Notes: a model not told the origin generated them from the letters alone. Counted from the stretch's first letter, positions 1 through 10,055 are shown. The stretch: 64,000 bases of DNA from an uncultured virus (IMG/VR IMGVR_UViG_3300014057_000711) (IMGVR_UViG_3300014057_000711), one strand, 5' to 3'. A program made the numbers and translations.

Positions 1-222
1 ATGACTTTCAAGGAACACTACAAAAGGGCTAAAGCAATGCCGTCACCATGCCAAATGTTCATCAAGGACATTGCACGGCTGACAAACAGATCGGAAATCT
101 GTGTCAAGAAATGGCTGGGAGGCAACTACAACCCTTCAAAGGACACACAGCAGATAATAGCTGAGTACCTGAAGGAACCGGCAGAAAACCTGTTCCCACA
201 AAAGAAAGGAGGGAGTCTATGA
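1..222 (+). CDS. Small XRE/Cro-like HTH protein
   Basis: 73 aa with HTH-like 'IARLTNRSEICVKKWLGGNYNPS' and 'AENLFP' tail; first gene of early operon. Confidence 0.6.
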   Translation: MTFKEHYKRAKAMPSPCQMFIKDIARLTNRSEICVKKWLGGNYNPSKDTQQIIAEYLKEPAENLFPQKKGGSL

Positions 223-416
223 CAATAACAGAACCGAGAGTAGCGGAGACCGGCAGATACTCGCTAATTGAAGCGAGCCAGGCTCTGGGAGTGCACCCAT
301 CTACGCTGATACGGTGGGTGAAAGAGGGAAAAATAAACTACGGAATAAGACGCTCGAACTCAAGGAAATTCTACCTTGGGAAAGAGTTGATACGATTCTG
401 GAGAGCTCAACTGTGA
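219..416 (+). CDS. Excisionase-like (MerR-type HTH) DNA-binding protein
   Basis: 'YSLIEASQALGVHPSTLIRWVKEGKI' HTH pattern; ATGA overlap with previous gene. Confidence 0.7.
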   Translation: MTITEPRVAETGRYSLIEASQALGVHPSTLIRWVKEGKINYGIRRSNSRKFYLGKELIRFWRAQL

Positions 417-420
417 TGCT

Positions 421-1212
421 ATGGAAGGCTGGATAGCACTATACCGCAACATAAAGCAGCACTGGGTGTGGCAAGACGCAAAGATACTGCAACGGTGGCT
501 GGACCTGCTCACAGATGCCTCATACGAGGAATGTGAGGTGCTTTTCCATGGGACCAGAGTAAAACTTAACAGAGGGCAACTGGTGACAAGTAAAAGGCAA
601 CTGCTGCACCAGTGGCAGACGAACGGAAAAAAGGTGAAAGACCTGCTGGAAGAATTCATAAAAGAGGAGATGATAATGATGGAAAAAATCGGCAATTATA
701 CCATCATAACAATACTGAATTATGATAAATTTCAGAAGGAAAATTCACCGAAAAACAAGAAGAAATCACCACCTAAAAAGCCCCCTGAAAAGACGGAAAA
801 CGCTGAGGACGGGTTGCACAAAAGGCAACACTTTCGGTCACACCCACACATTATTAATAGTAACAATATAAACAATAATATTTCTCTCTCTCATAATAAT
901 GGCGACAGAAATTTTTTCGAGACTTTCAAAAATGACTCCCAAGCGAAAGAGTTTGTGCGAAACACCCTGGGCATGGACGAAGAAGAACTGATGAAATGGC
1001 TCTCGGAATTCGACAGGCAGATTAGCTACGAAGGGAAAAAGCATAACGACTACAATGACTACAAGGCTCACTTCCCGGCTTGGGTGAAAAAACAACAGCA
1101 ATACATAAAACAGAAGAACAATGCAGCTAAACAACAGGAGGATAGATACGACCCACGTAGGGGAACTGATGTCGATGGTAAGAAAGCTTCAGATTACGGG
1201 AGAACGTTTTAG
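421..1212 (+). CDS. Phage replication initiator / replisome organiser-like protein
   Basis: N-terminal 'GWIALYR..HWVW...LNRGQLVTS...W' pattern, low-complexity linker, directly upstream of DnaC-like ATPase. Confidence 0.65.
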   Translation: MEGWIALYRNIKQHWVWQDAKILQRWLDLLTDASYEECEVLFHGTRVKLNRGQLVTSKRQLLHQWQTNGKKVKDLLEEFIKEEMIMMEKIGNYTIITILNYDKFQKENSPKNKKKSPPKKPPEKTENAEDGLHKRQHFRSHPHIINSNNINNNISLSHNNGDRNFFETFKNDSQAKEFVRNTLGMDEEELMKWLSEFDRQISYEGKKHNDYNDYKAHFPAWVKKQQQYIKQKNNAAKQQEDRYDPRRGTDVDGKKASDYGRTF

Positions 1213-1822
1213 GTTTAAAATGTCACCGCAGGAGACGTTTGACAGACTGGCATACTACTACGCATACGAAGTGAAACTGCGAAACCGCGAGATGCGTTTC
1301 GACAAACAGACTATAAACAACCTGGTGGCAATGGCGACTTACATGACGGACCCGAAATCGAAAATCGGGATAATGCTCTGCGGGACTTGCGGCAACGGAA
1401 AGACGACTTTGCTGCTGGCACTGAGAGACCTGATAAATGAACGGTTCCACAGTGGGGACTTCAATCACCTCAGAAACTATTCATGCAATGACCCGTACTT
1501 TGAGATATACCTGCGATTCAAAGACGTCAGGGACATACTGGAGATATACAAGGACAGAATGAGATATGCCGAGCTTCGATCGGAACGCCTGCTGGCCATA
1601 GATGACCTGGGGAAGGAACCGACGGAAGTGCTGGAGTACGGAAACGTGACGAACCCGGTGATAGACCTGCTGGAACATCGATACCTGGCGCAACTCTTCA
1701 CAGCGGTAACGACGAACCTGGACGCGAAACAGATAAGACAGAAATACGGGGGACGCATAGCGGACCGCTTTAACGAGATGATGGAGGTCATCGTCTTTCA
1801 AGACGTGAGCTACAGGAAGTAA
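1121..1822 (+). CDS. DnaC/IstB-like AAA+ ATPase (helicase loader)
   Basis: Walker A GTCGNGKT, Walker B LAIDDLG, TTNL and 'YGGRIADRFNEM' motifs. Confidence 0.85.
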   Translation: MQLNNRRIDTTHVGELMSMVRKLQITGERFRFKMSPQETFDRLAYYYAYEVKLRNREMRFDKQTINNLVAMATYMTDPKSKIGIMLCGTCGNGKTTLLLALRDLINERFHSGDFNHLRNYSCNDPYFEIYLRFKDVRDILEIYKDRMRYAELRSERLLAIDDLGKEPTEVLEYGNVTNPVIDLLEHRYLAQLFTAVTTNLDAKQIRQKYGGRIADRFNEMMEVIVFQDVSYRK

Positions 1823-1855
1823 TTTTGTAAAAAAGAACGATATTTCATACTGACT

Positions 1856-2344
1856 ATGGACGTGATACTGCTTTATCTGAGACTCCAGCCATGGCTGAAA
1901 CAGTGGCTGGTGAATGAGCAAGGAGAGGAACCGGTGAAGTTCTTGCGCAACTCCACCGAGAATGACATTCTGCAGATATACCTGAAGGCAATGCCGAAAG
2001 ATGCTGCCCCTGACAAACCGGACAAGGACACAGTGGCGATAGTGCTGCCACAGTTCAAGAAAAAGGACACAAGGGTTTACAACTACCTGGACCGACATGG
2101 GAAGGCGCTACTGCGCAACTGCATCCGCTCACGGATGATCCTGGCGATGTGGAACGACCTGAGCCAATTCGGGAACATAGGCAAACAGAAACAGGATCTG
2201 ATATGGGCGTGGATGGAGACGAACGGCATAGAGCTGAACGAGACGAACTTCTGCGCACTGCAGAAGATATACCAGCGACGGCGCAACGCCTACCTGAAGA
2301 AAAAATATCGGGAAAATCTTCCCGACTTCAAGAAGAAAAAATGA
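1856..2344 (+). CDS. Hypothetical phage protein, basic C-terminus (possible regulator)
   Basis: 162-aa ORF with phage-like codon usage in the early operon. Confidence 0.6.
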   Translation: MDVILLYLRLQPWLKQWLVNEQGEEPVKFLRNSTENDILQIYLKAMPKDAAPDKPDKDTVAIVLPQFKKKDTRVYNYLDRHGKALLRNCIRSRMILAMWNDLSQFGNIGKQKQDLIWAWMETNGIELNETNFCALQKIYQRRRNAYLKKKYRENLPDFKKKK

Positions 2345-2444
2345 GGCGGTGTACTGCCCTGTCCTACCCTGTCCTCCAGGGTCCGCAATTCTGCGCTGAA
2401 ATGAAGCATTTGCAACACATCAAACTCTAAACAAACCGAATAAC

Positions 2445-2864
2445 ATGATCAGACAATCGCTGCCGGGGATAATATTCCTGGGATATGTGCAGAAAGACCG
2501 ACTGCAACGACAAATAATGCAGAAATCACTGGCGGGGCTGCCAGTGGGAATATTCACGGACATAACGCCGATAAACTTCATCGGCACCCCGCAGTGTGAA
2601 AGCCAAAATGATTATGACAACAACGGGAGGATTGAACAGACGACTCTCACATTTGTGACGTGCGACAGCATACCGACACATGAACACCTGGCTTTCGTGA
2701 TAACGGACGCTAACAGGCAGTCGTACATAATAGGACAAAGGGAACGCCCATACCCGATAATAAAAATAAAAAAGAACACAGGGACTCCAGGGGGCGACAC
2801 GAACGCAAAAACCGTGGAGGTGACTCTATATGCGCACCGCTCGCTGGTCCCATGTAAACGATAA
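2445..2864 (+). CDS. Hypothetical phage protein
   Basis: 139-aa ORF with AT-rich start context. Confidence 0.6.
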   Translation: MIRQSLPGIIFLGYVQKDRLQRQIMQKSLAGLPVGIFTDITPINFIGTPQCESQNDYDNNGRIEQTTLTFVTCDSIPTHEHLAFVITDANRQSYIIGQRERPYPIIKIKKNTGTPGGDTNAKTVEVTLYAHRSLVPCKR

Positions 2865-2891
2865 TGTACTAACTTTTAATCAAAGAGAATT

Positions 2892-3464
2892 ATGGTTGAA
2901 ATTACAGACTGGGACTGGAAAGACCCACAGAAAGAAATGCCGAAAGGGTGGTCGAACGAGATTCCACAAGATGACAAACTAAAGGATTCGGGCATCGAAA
3001 TGAAGAACAGCCCCGTACTGGTGAGTGATAAAGTGGCGCTGATAGTCGAGGAATTTGAATTCAGATTTCTGATGATAGCACGCTATAACACGGCCATGGG
3101 ATGGGTGTTCGCAGATGGCAACATACCACTATCTGAGGCGTACAGGGATTATAAGGTTCTGCAATGGTCATACCTGCCTAAGCCTAAGCAGGAATGGGAA
3201 GAGAAATGTGAGGAGGACCTGGAAAAGAGAAAATATGAGGTGGAAGAATCATGTGGGACTGTACGCATCAAAGATAACGTGTCAAAAATGTTCCTCAGAT
3301 TCAAACGTGGCAAGGTGCTTGGGCCTAAAGACTCGTTCCTCGGTATTCCTCGTGACTTGCTCCTGATCAGCATCTTTACGAATATCTTCATCAATTCGGG
3401 AGATAAACTGCTGAAATTCGCGAAAAAGCACTATCCCTATGAGTTCTCGAATATTAATATATAA
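2892..3464 (+). CDS. Hypothetical protein, DUF551-like N-terminal domain
   Basis: 'WDWKDPQKEMP...VLQWSYLPKP' pattern. Confidence 0.55.
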   Translation: MVEITDWDWKDPQKEMPKGWSNEIPQDDKLKDSGIEMKNSPVLVSDKVALIVEEFEFRFLMIARYNTAMGWVFADGNIPLSEAYRDYKVLQWSYLPKPKQEWEEKCEEDLEKRKYEVEESCGTVRIKDNVSKMFLRFKRGKVLGPKDSFLGIPRDLLLISIFTNIFINSGDKLLKFAKKHYPYEFSNINI

Positions 3465-3592
3465 CGAAATCACAGTTGGCTTAATGACTAATTGGTATTG
3501 AAAGAATGTTTGGAGACGCTTTTTATTTATAGCTTGATGATTTATTGATTTATTGTTTTATTTCTTGAATTGTATTCATAAATATTCCTTTG

Positions 3593-3632
3593 CAGGGAGA
3601 CTGGCGCGGGAGGCGTAGGTCTCTCTTTTTTT
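3593..3632 (+). terminator. Intrinsic terminator ending the early operon
   Basis: agggagac..cgc-GGGA-ggcg..gtctctct stem followed by a T run. Confidence 0.6.
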
Positions 3633-3636
3633 AATC

Positions 3637-4008
3637 CTGCTCCTTGTCAGCACTCTCTCTCGGTCTCCACTGATTGACAGAAAAGATGGGTTCATAGCCC
3701 GAAGGATTGAAGTTAAACATCGGCTTGCCAACACCGCTTGCCTTTACGCTGCAAAGGTAATGCGCCACCCTCACACGCAAGGCCTGGCTCACGTTGCTGG
3801 CGAGAAATCTCCACACCTGACCGGGTAGTATTTCTCTTGCAAGCCTTGCTCGATGTGTGGGCTGGCGCTCTTTGCAGGCAGTGTAAAGGCGAAGCGATAA
3901 GTGATGGCAAGATCAATGATATTTAACTTTTAAATAATTACTGCTATGAACGAATTATCTCTTTTTAATGATTCAATCAGTGGTGCCCAGAGCACTGACA
4001 AGGAGCAG
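3637..4008. promoter_or_regulatory. Long fold-back module 1 with minus-strand promoter (TACCTTTG, 3752-3759) upstream of ardA
   Basis: Perfect inverted segments ctgctccttgtcag/ctgacaaggagcag, ccactgattga/tcaatcagtgg, gttcatagc/gctatgaac, cctttac/gtaaagg, gcaaggc/gccttgc. Confidence 0.75.
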
Positions 4009-4585
4009 AGCGTATGATGTTGTTGAGGTTTGTGACGCTGAGCTGGACTTGGCGGACTTTAAGTATGACTTCCACACGGGAAATCCGGCTGTCTATGTTT
4101 CTTCTTACAACCGCTATAACTGTGGCAACTTGGACGGCATGTGGGTGGACCTTACCCTGTGTGGCGACTATGACGAGTTTATGCAGGTATGCCGGCAAGT
4201 GGTATGGGATGAGCAGGACCCGGAATTTATGTTCCAAGACATGGAGAACTGGCCGGAGGCGTGGTACGATGAGGGCAGCCTCAGTGAGGACACCTTCGAG
4301 CGCATCCAAGAGTTTGCAGCTCTGGACGAAGATGAGCAGGAAGCCTTCGAGGCTTTCATGGACATCCGCTGCGACTCGGAGGTTTCCTTCGAGGAGTTCC
4401 GCGAGGCTTACTGCGGCAAGTGGGACAGTGAGGAGGAGTTCACCGAGCAGCTGGTGGATGACCTGGGGCTCTTAGACGAGATACCAGAGCACCTGCGGCG
4501 CTTCTTCGACATGGAGGCTTACTCTGAGGAACTTTTCCGTTATGACTATGACTTTACAGATGGCTATGTGTTCCGTGTGATGTAG
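3968..4585 (+). CDS. ardA: ArdA-family antirestriction protein (DNA mimic); start uncertain
   Basis: 'VYVSSYNRYNCGNLDGMWVDL', 'DPEFMFQD', 'FREAYCGKWDSEEEF', 'FFDMEAYSEELF...GYVFR'; very acidic. Confidence 0.9.
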   Translation: MIQSVVPRALTRSRAYDVVEVCDAELDLADFKYDFHTGNPAVYVSSYNRYNCGNLDGMWVDLTLCGDYDEFMQVCRQVVWDEQDPEFMFQDMENWPEAWYDEGSLSEDTFERIQEFAALDEDEQEAFEAFMDIRCDSEVSFEEFREAYCGKWDSEEEFTEQLVDDLGLLDEIPEHLRRFFDMEAYSEELFRYDYDFTDGYVFRVM

Positions 4586-4606
4586 GCTACATCGACCTGC
4601 CGATGG

Positions 4607-4642
4607 CGGAGCCACCACCCAAAAGGTGGCTCCGACTTTTTT
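4607..4642 (+). terminator. Intrinsic terminator after ardA
   Basis: cggagccacc/ggtggctccg stem followed by a T run. Confidence 0.75.
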
Positions 4643-4709
4643 GCCATAATCGTAAGTGAGTAGAACAAATGCCGCCATTGTGCATTATGAATTATGCATT
4701 GAAAAAAGC

Positions 4710-4745
4710 TGTCTTTTAACCGGGTGGTAATCATTATTAATTTTG
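4710..4745 (+). promoter_or_regulatory. Putative late promoter TGTCTTTT-N20-TAATTTTG
   Basis: One of six identically spaced motifs before structural genes. Confidence 0.7.
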
Positions 4746-4765
4746 CGGTAAACAAGCCGAAACCT

Positions 4766-5896
4766 ATGAAAAACACAGATTATCACCTTCACCTGAAAGG
4801 GTACGTGGGCGGTTATGACTTTGACAGCAACTACGTGGACTACGTGCTGGCTCAAAACAAAGACAAACCGGTGAACGTGCTCATAGACAGCCTGGGCGGG
4901 TCACTGGCCAAGGCTCTATCCATCGCATCAGCTTTCAAAGCTCACGGCAACGTGAGCGTGCACTTCGTGGGGATGAACGCCAGCGCGGCAACAATAGCAT
5001 CGCTGGGAGCGAAGCATATCTCCATGGACTCCTCAGCGATGTACCTGGTGCATAAATGCAGCACGGAGTTTTTTGAGTGGGGAAACCTGAACGCGGACCA
5101 GCTGGAAGCGGTGCGCTCGCAATGTGACGCCGCCATCCGTGACCTGAACAAACTGGACAACAACATCGCCACAATGTACGCCGGCAAGTGCAGCAAGCCG
5201 CAAGGGGATCTGCTGGACTTGATGCGCCAAGGGGGATGGCTCTCAGCAACAGAGGCAAAGCAATGGGGATTCGTGGATGAAGTCACGGACTTTAACGAGC
5301 CGAAACCGGTCCTGACGGACGCGGTGGCATCGGCGATGGCGGCGGCAGGGATTCCAGTGCCTGACATCTTTGTGGAAACAAAGGAACCCCTGTTCTCACG
5401 GTTCATGGCGGCGCTGCTGTCGGTGTTCGGAGTGCAGCGTGAGAACACTATTGCCAGGCATGGCGGGGAGACCGCTGTCAAGGCAGTGGCTCAGGCTCAG
5501 ACTTCTGAAGCTGAAAGCGACAATTCATGTGACAACACCAAATGTGCCATACGCAATAATGAAGCAAATGTAGTTAGTAAACAACCTGAAATCGAAAGAC
5601 CTATGAATCACACCCTCACACTCCTGGGCAAGGTCCTCGGCATCGAGGACTTTGCCGTGGGTGAGGAAGGCATGACGCTGACGCTGGAGCAGATGAAGAC
5701 CATAGAAAAGGCCATCGCACAGCGTGACAGCGACAACGCCGAACTCACCGAGCAGGTGGACGCCCTCAAAGCGGCACCGGCAGAGAAATCACAGGCTGTG
5801 GTGGACAGCTCGCAGCAGCAGACCCCAGCCTCCCCATTCGAGGAGTTCGCCGGCATGGTGAACTCAGCGAACGAGATGTTCAACCTGGTGCCTTGA
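4766..5896 (+). CDS. ClpP-like head maturation protease with C-terminal scaffold-like extension
   Basis: 'IDSLGGS', 'GMNASAATIAS', 'YLVH', 'WLSATEAKQWGFVDEV'; precedes capsid gene. Confidence 0.85.
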   Translation: MKNTDYHLHLKGYVGGYDFDSNYVDYVLAQNKDKPVNVLIDSLGGSLAKALSIASAFKAHGNVSVHFVGMNASAATIASLGAKHISMDSSAMYLVHKCSTEFFEWGNLNADQLEAVRSQCDAAIRDLNKLDNNIATMYAGKCSKPQGDLLDLMRQGGWLSATEAKQWGFVDEVTDFNEPKPVLTDAVASAMAAAGIPVPDIFVETKEPLFSRFMAALLSVFGVQRENTIARHGGETAVKAVAQAQTSEAESDNSCDNTKCAIRNNEANVVSKQPEIERPMNHTLTLLGKVLGIEDFAVGEEGMTLTLEQMKTIEKAIAQRDSDNAELTEQVDALKAAPAEKSQAVVDSSQQQTPASPFEEFAGMVNSANEMFNLVP

Positions 5897-5968
5897 TGCC
5901 CCAAGTTGACATTGCACCAAAGAATCTTGTATTAACACCAAAACCTTTTATCTAATCGACAAATCATT

Positions 5969-6934
5969 ATGGCAGGACAAGTTATATCTATACCTACCTC
6001 TGCACTGCAGGACGCAGCGGTGAAGTACCGCAAGCAACTCCTCTACATGCCTATCATCGGGTGCCAGGACACCCTGCAGCACATGACGCCTCGCCCGGGC
6101 ATCCGCTACAAGGAGAATGTGGGCGCCATAAGCGGTGACGCTCAGTTCGGACCTTACAAGCCAAGCCGCTCGATGGACTTCAACCTGACAGTGGAATACC
6201 GCACGCTGGAGACGTTCATGGGCTCGGTGGTGGCGAAGTTCGAGCCTAACTCGGCAGCATCGACCATCCTGGGCTACATGGCGGCCACCAAAGGTGACGG
6301 GCAGATGCGCGCACCATCGGCGCTGCACGTGCTGACGCTGATAGCAAAGGGGCTCTCGTCGCACCTGAATGACGCGATCTGGAATGGCGTGCGCAACGCC
6401 AGCGGTGACACCACGAAAGACCTGTTTGATGGGTTCGACACCATCACCCAGAAGGAGATCGACAATGACAAGATCAGTGTCGAGAACAAGAACTACATGA
6501 AACTCACAGAGGAGATCACCACGGCGAACGCTCTGGACATCGCCAAGGAGATTCTGTACTCTCTTGACCCACGTCTGCGCGCCCTTGACCTTAACCTCTA
6601 CTGCTCGCAGGACTTCGCGGACAAATACAACGAGGCGATGCTGCTCACGCACGCAGGAATCAACTACTACACGCAGTTCGGACAGAACACGGTGGAGGGA
6701 AGCAACGGCAAGCTGCACATCGTGCCTCTGTACAACAAGGCTGACAGCAAGTTCTTCCACGTGACTCCAAAGAGCAACATGCTGGTGGGATTCGACCAGA
6801 TGGGAGACGTGGAGAGCGTGATGGTCAAGGAATACGAGCCTTTCATCCTCTCATATATCGCCACCATGTTCTTCGGGGTGCAGTTCGAGTCTATCGACTA
6901 CCGACGCATGAAGGTGATCGAGCTGGCAGCGTGA
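5969..6934 (+). CDS. Probable major capsid protein
   Basis: 321 aa directly after the protease, 'LNDAIWNG...FDGF' HK97-like pattern, strongly biased codons. Confidence 0.7.
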   Translation: MAGQVISIPTSALQDAAVKYRKQLLYMPIIGCQDTLQHMTPRPGIRYKENVGAISGDAQFGPYKPSRSMDFNLTVEYRTLETFMGSVVAKFEPNSAASTILGYMAATKGDGQMRAPSALHVLTLIAKGLSSHLNDAIWNGVRNASGDTTKDLFDGFDTITQKEIDNDKISVENKNYMKLTEEITTANALDIAKEILYSLDPRLRALDLNLYCSQDFADKYNEAMLLTHAGINYYTQFGQNTVEGSNGKLHIVPLYNKADSKFFHVTPKSNMLVGFDQMGDVESVMVKEYEPFILSYIATMFFGVQFESIDYRRMKVIELAA

Positions 6935-6979
6935 TTCTCTCTATTATCTATTCTCTAATCACTAATCTACTATTAGACT

Positions 6980-7615
6980 ATGGCTAAATCATGTACTCCT
7001 ATACAGAAGTCGCTGGCATGGTGCCAGGGCACGCCAGAGCTCCCAGGCATCAAACGACGACTGTACTACATAAGCAAGGACCAGATTGTGCAATGGCCGA
7101 CGCTGACGCGCGACGCGAACGGGCGACTGACTTCGGCGGCATACTCTGGAAACTTCGAGCTGGTGGCTGACGCCACATGGAAGTTCATTGACATCCTGCC
7201 GGACAAGTCGCAACTCACAAGTGAGGCGCAGGGGGAATACCCATCGATGACTCAGTTGAACAAGCTGACGGCTGTTCACCCTGGCGTGGGGGTGGAGGCC
7301 TCGGCACTGGCGGCTTACGTGAACAACTGTGACTGCGTATATCTCGTGGAGACAGTGCGCGGCAAATACCGTGTGGTGGGAAGCGAGAAATGGCAGGTGA
7401 AATCGACAGTGGCGCAAGACCTGGGACAAGGGGCTACAGGAACGACAAGCACAACTCTAAGCGTGGAGGCGACGGACGAATGTCCGGCTCCTTTCTACGA
7501 AGGGCGCATCGAGACGGAAGACGGCACGATCTATGCCGGTGGCACGTCGTCGGGCTCCACAAGCGGTGAAAGCCACCTGGACCCCACTGAACCAACTGAC
7601 CTGTCAGGTCACTAA
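6980..7615 (+). CDS. Probable major tail (tube) protein
   Basis: 211 aa, 'LPGIKRRLYY', 'GKYRVVGS', T/G-rich; position after capsid. Confidence 0.55.
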   Translation: MAKSCTPIQKSLAWCQGTPELPGIKRRLYYISKDQIVQWPTLTRDANGRLTSAAYSGNFELVADATWKFIDILPDKSQLTSEAQGEYPSMTQLNKLTAVHPGVGVEASALAAYVNNCDCVYLVETVRGKYRVVGSEKWQVKSTVAQDLGQGATGTTSTTLSVEATDECPAPFYEGRIETEDGTIYAGGTSSGSTSGESHLDPTEPTDLSGH

Positions 7616-7633
7616 GAATAATGCTCCTCCTGA

Positions 7634-8281
7634 ATGGGTTCCGCTCTTGACATAGGCGAATTGTTGAGTGACATCACGTTCCCGACTGTCGGGAGCGGAA
7701 CTGTTTCTGTGCCGGAGGCACCATCAGGCAGGGCGGCACAGAAGGATCTGTTTGCTGTTCAGAAACGCAAGTCATGGGACAAAACCCATGAGGCGAGGTG
7801 TGACTTTACCTACAAACTGGCACTGACGCGTCGCTCGGATGTGGACTTCGTATCGATATGGAAGAAGTCAATCTATGGGCGCACGCTGACGGACATAAAG
7901 GGTGACCCTGCCATGGTGGAGTTCTTTGCATCGAACATGGCACCAGTAATCAGCGAGACTTTAGGCTACCACCTCGCCAGTGGCTCGTGGGCAATGTGCA
8001 CCTCGCCGAAGCGACGCCACAAGGTGAAGAATTTCGCCACATTGATTAGTGAGCGCATCGCCGCCGCGCTGGGAATACCGTTCTACGAGGACGTGGCGCT
8101 GTGTCACACAAAGCAGCGAGTGAACGCCACGTTTGAACTGAACGTCCTGCCGCGTGAGGCGAACATAATAGTGTTTGACGACTTCGTGACGACTGGGCAG
8201 ACGATGGCGGCAATGAAACGACTGCTTGTCTCCGCCCGCAAGAACTGCGTGTTTTACTCAGCAATCAACAATAAACTTTGA
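7634..8281 (+). CDS. Type I phosphoribosyltransferase-fold (ComF-like) protein
   Basis: PRPP-binding loop 'IIVFDDFVTTGQT'. Confidence 0.8.
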   Translation: MGSALDIGELLSDITFPTVGSGTVSVPEAPSGRAAQKDLFAVQKRKSWDKTHEARCDFTYKLALTRRSDVDFVSIWKKSIYGRTLTDIKGDPAMVEFFASNMAPVISETLGYHLASGSWAMCTSPKRRHKVKNFATLISERIAAALGIPFYEDVALCHTKQRVNATFELNVLPREANIIVFDDFVTTGQTMAAMKRLLVSARKNCVFYSAINNKL

Positions 8282-8336
8282 TAACTCACTACTGAAAACT
8301 CATAACTGAGAACTCATTACTCACAACTGAAAAAAC

Positions 8337-9056
8337 ATGGATAACAATTTCACAAAACAAGTTCAAGAGTGGCTGAATGCTCCTGCATCACAACGAGACT
8401 ACAACGCAGGGGCGATGATGCTGCTGAAACTCACTGGCAACAAAATTATGCATCACAATCTGATGTTGCGCCCATGTGAGAAGAATATGCTATTTATCGA
8501 GTATCAACTGAAGAAACGCCTGGACTTCCGGCTGCGGCAAATGACGCACGAGCAGGTGGAGGAAATGCAGCTGCAGGTGGAAACCATCGCAAAGAAGGTT
8601 CTGACACCAAACAGTGGCGAGAAATTCAAAGCAGGCAAGCGTGATGACCATGACTCTTTGCCTGACGAGATACAGGCTCTATACGTGGAGAACCTCTCAA
8701 TCGTGCAGAAGATGCGAGAGCTACATCTGAAACTCCGCACGCTCTCTTTGGAGAACGCCACTTGCCCTGACAGTGAGCGATATCCTTTCCTCAAGGAACT
8801 GATCACTCTTGACAAGAAACTGCACTCTAACTGGGAGGTCTATGACCACTACACAGGTGCTGACGGTGAAAAGGTGCTTACTGAAGACCTGCGTGAGCAG
8901 AGCCGTCAGGCGGTGCGGATGATTAACCTGAACAAAGGCAAGTATGCCAAGAAGCCCACAAAGGAACTCAAATCTAAGATCCTCACATGGTACGGCCAGG
9001 TTATCAACCCCACCGACAAACTCACCGCAGACCTGAAATCTCTTGGGATTCTCTAA
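8337..9056 (+). CDS. Hypothetical phage protein (helical)
   Basis: 239-aa ORF within the operon. Confidence 0.65.
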   Translation: MDNNFTKQVQEWLNAPASQRDYNAGAMMLLKLTGNKIMHHNLMLRPCEKNMLFIEYQLKKRLDFRLRQMTHEQVEEMQLQVETIAKKVLTPNSGEKFKAGKRDDHDSLPDEIQALYVENLSIVQKMRELHLKLRTLSLENATCPDSERYPFLKELITLDKKLHSNWEVYDHYTGADGEKVLTEDLREQSRQAVRMINLNKGKYAKKPTKELKSKILTWYGQVINPTDKLTADLKSLGIL

Positions 9057-9146
9057 TAGCCAGTGAGCAGAACTAACGCAACTCATTACTTACTACTGAC
9101 AACTCAAACATTGTGCATTATGCATTATGAATTATGCATTTAGGAA

Positions 9147-9668
9147 GTGAGACGTGATGCCAACATATCAGACTATTTGCGCCCTTTGCGTGAGAACCCA
9201 TACCAGGCATATCTCTCGAACGCCCTGCAAGTGGCTGACATCCTGGACTGGGTGCTGAAGCAACTCGGCAGATGTGAGGTGTGGCAGACTTCGTTCTCTA
9301 TCAGCGAGGAGTTTATCCGTCGTCTATACTTCATAGAGAAGTCGGGACTGGTGACGAAATTCAACCTGGTGCTGGATCACAAGGCCACGAATAAAACACT
9401 GAAACTCTGGGCGTTCATAACGCAGGTGATTGATACTACTTACCTCGCTGACAACCATAGCAAGGTGCTGCTCATACGCAGTGAGCAAGGCGAGACAGTG
9501 AGTATCATCACATCGCAAAACCTCACTCGTGGCAACCGCTGCGAGTCGGCCGTGGTGACAACCGATGCGCAGATATTCAACACGCTTTTTGCGCAAATTG
9601 ATGACTTGATCAAGAACCACTCGGTGCCACTAAATGACCTCTTTGCTCAACGGCTGGATAACTCATAA
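9147..9668 (+). CDS. Phospholipase D-like (single HxK) nuclease-fold protein
   Basis: 'NHSKVLLI...IITSQNLT...E' HxK/SxN signature; GTG start. Confidence 0.7.
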   Translation: MRRDANISDYLRPLRENPYQAYLSNALQVADILDWVLKQLGRCEVWQTSFSISEEFIRRLYFIEKSGLVTKFNLVLDHKATNKTLKLWAFITQVIDTTYLADNHSKVLLIRSEQGETVSIITSQNLTRGNRCESAVVTTDAQIFNTLFAQIDDLIKNHSVPLNDLFAQRLDNS

Positions 9669-9779
9669 CTGAAAACTAAAAGATAATTGTCTCGAATTGT
9701 CAGTAATTGTCTGATAAAACCATTCGAAGTGAGAAGAACTAACGAAAACTGATAACTGACGACTGATAACTGATAACTC

Positions 9780-10055
9780 ATGGAATATACAGAAAATGAA
9801 CTTGAACAGGTTGAGAAGTTTGCCTCAATCTACCTGAAAATATCTGACATGGCAGTGATTCTCGGCATTCCGGCAGAGTCGCTGCGCTCGGACATCGCTG
9901 ACCACTCGACAGCGGTGAGTATGCGTTACCGCAGAGGGAAAGCGGCTTCCAAAGTGAAACTCCTGGCACAGGAGATGCAGCTGGCGCAGGTGGGGTCGCC
10001 ACTGGCTATCGAGAACACGCACCGAAATCTGCTCGACATGGAGGACGATGAATAG
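9780..10055 (+). CDS. Small HTH-like phage protein (terminase-associated?)
   Basis: 'KISDMAVILGIPAESLR'; located upstream of terminase genes. Confidence 0.55.
   Translation: MEYTENELEQVEKFASIYLKISDMAVILGIPAESLRSDIADHSTAVSMRYRRGKAASKVKLLAQEMQLAQVGSPLAIENTHRNLLDMEDDE

Noticed and set aside
740..795. Lambda-like ori iterons inside the initiator gene
   Set aside because: Only weak cacc/ccc..aaaa similarity that the K/P-rich linker coding explains
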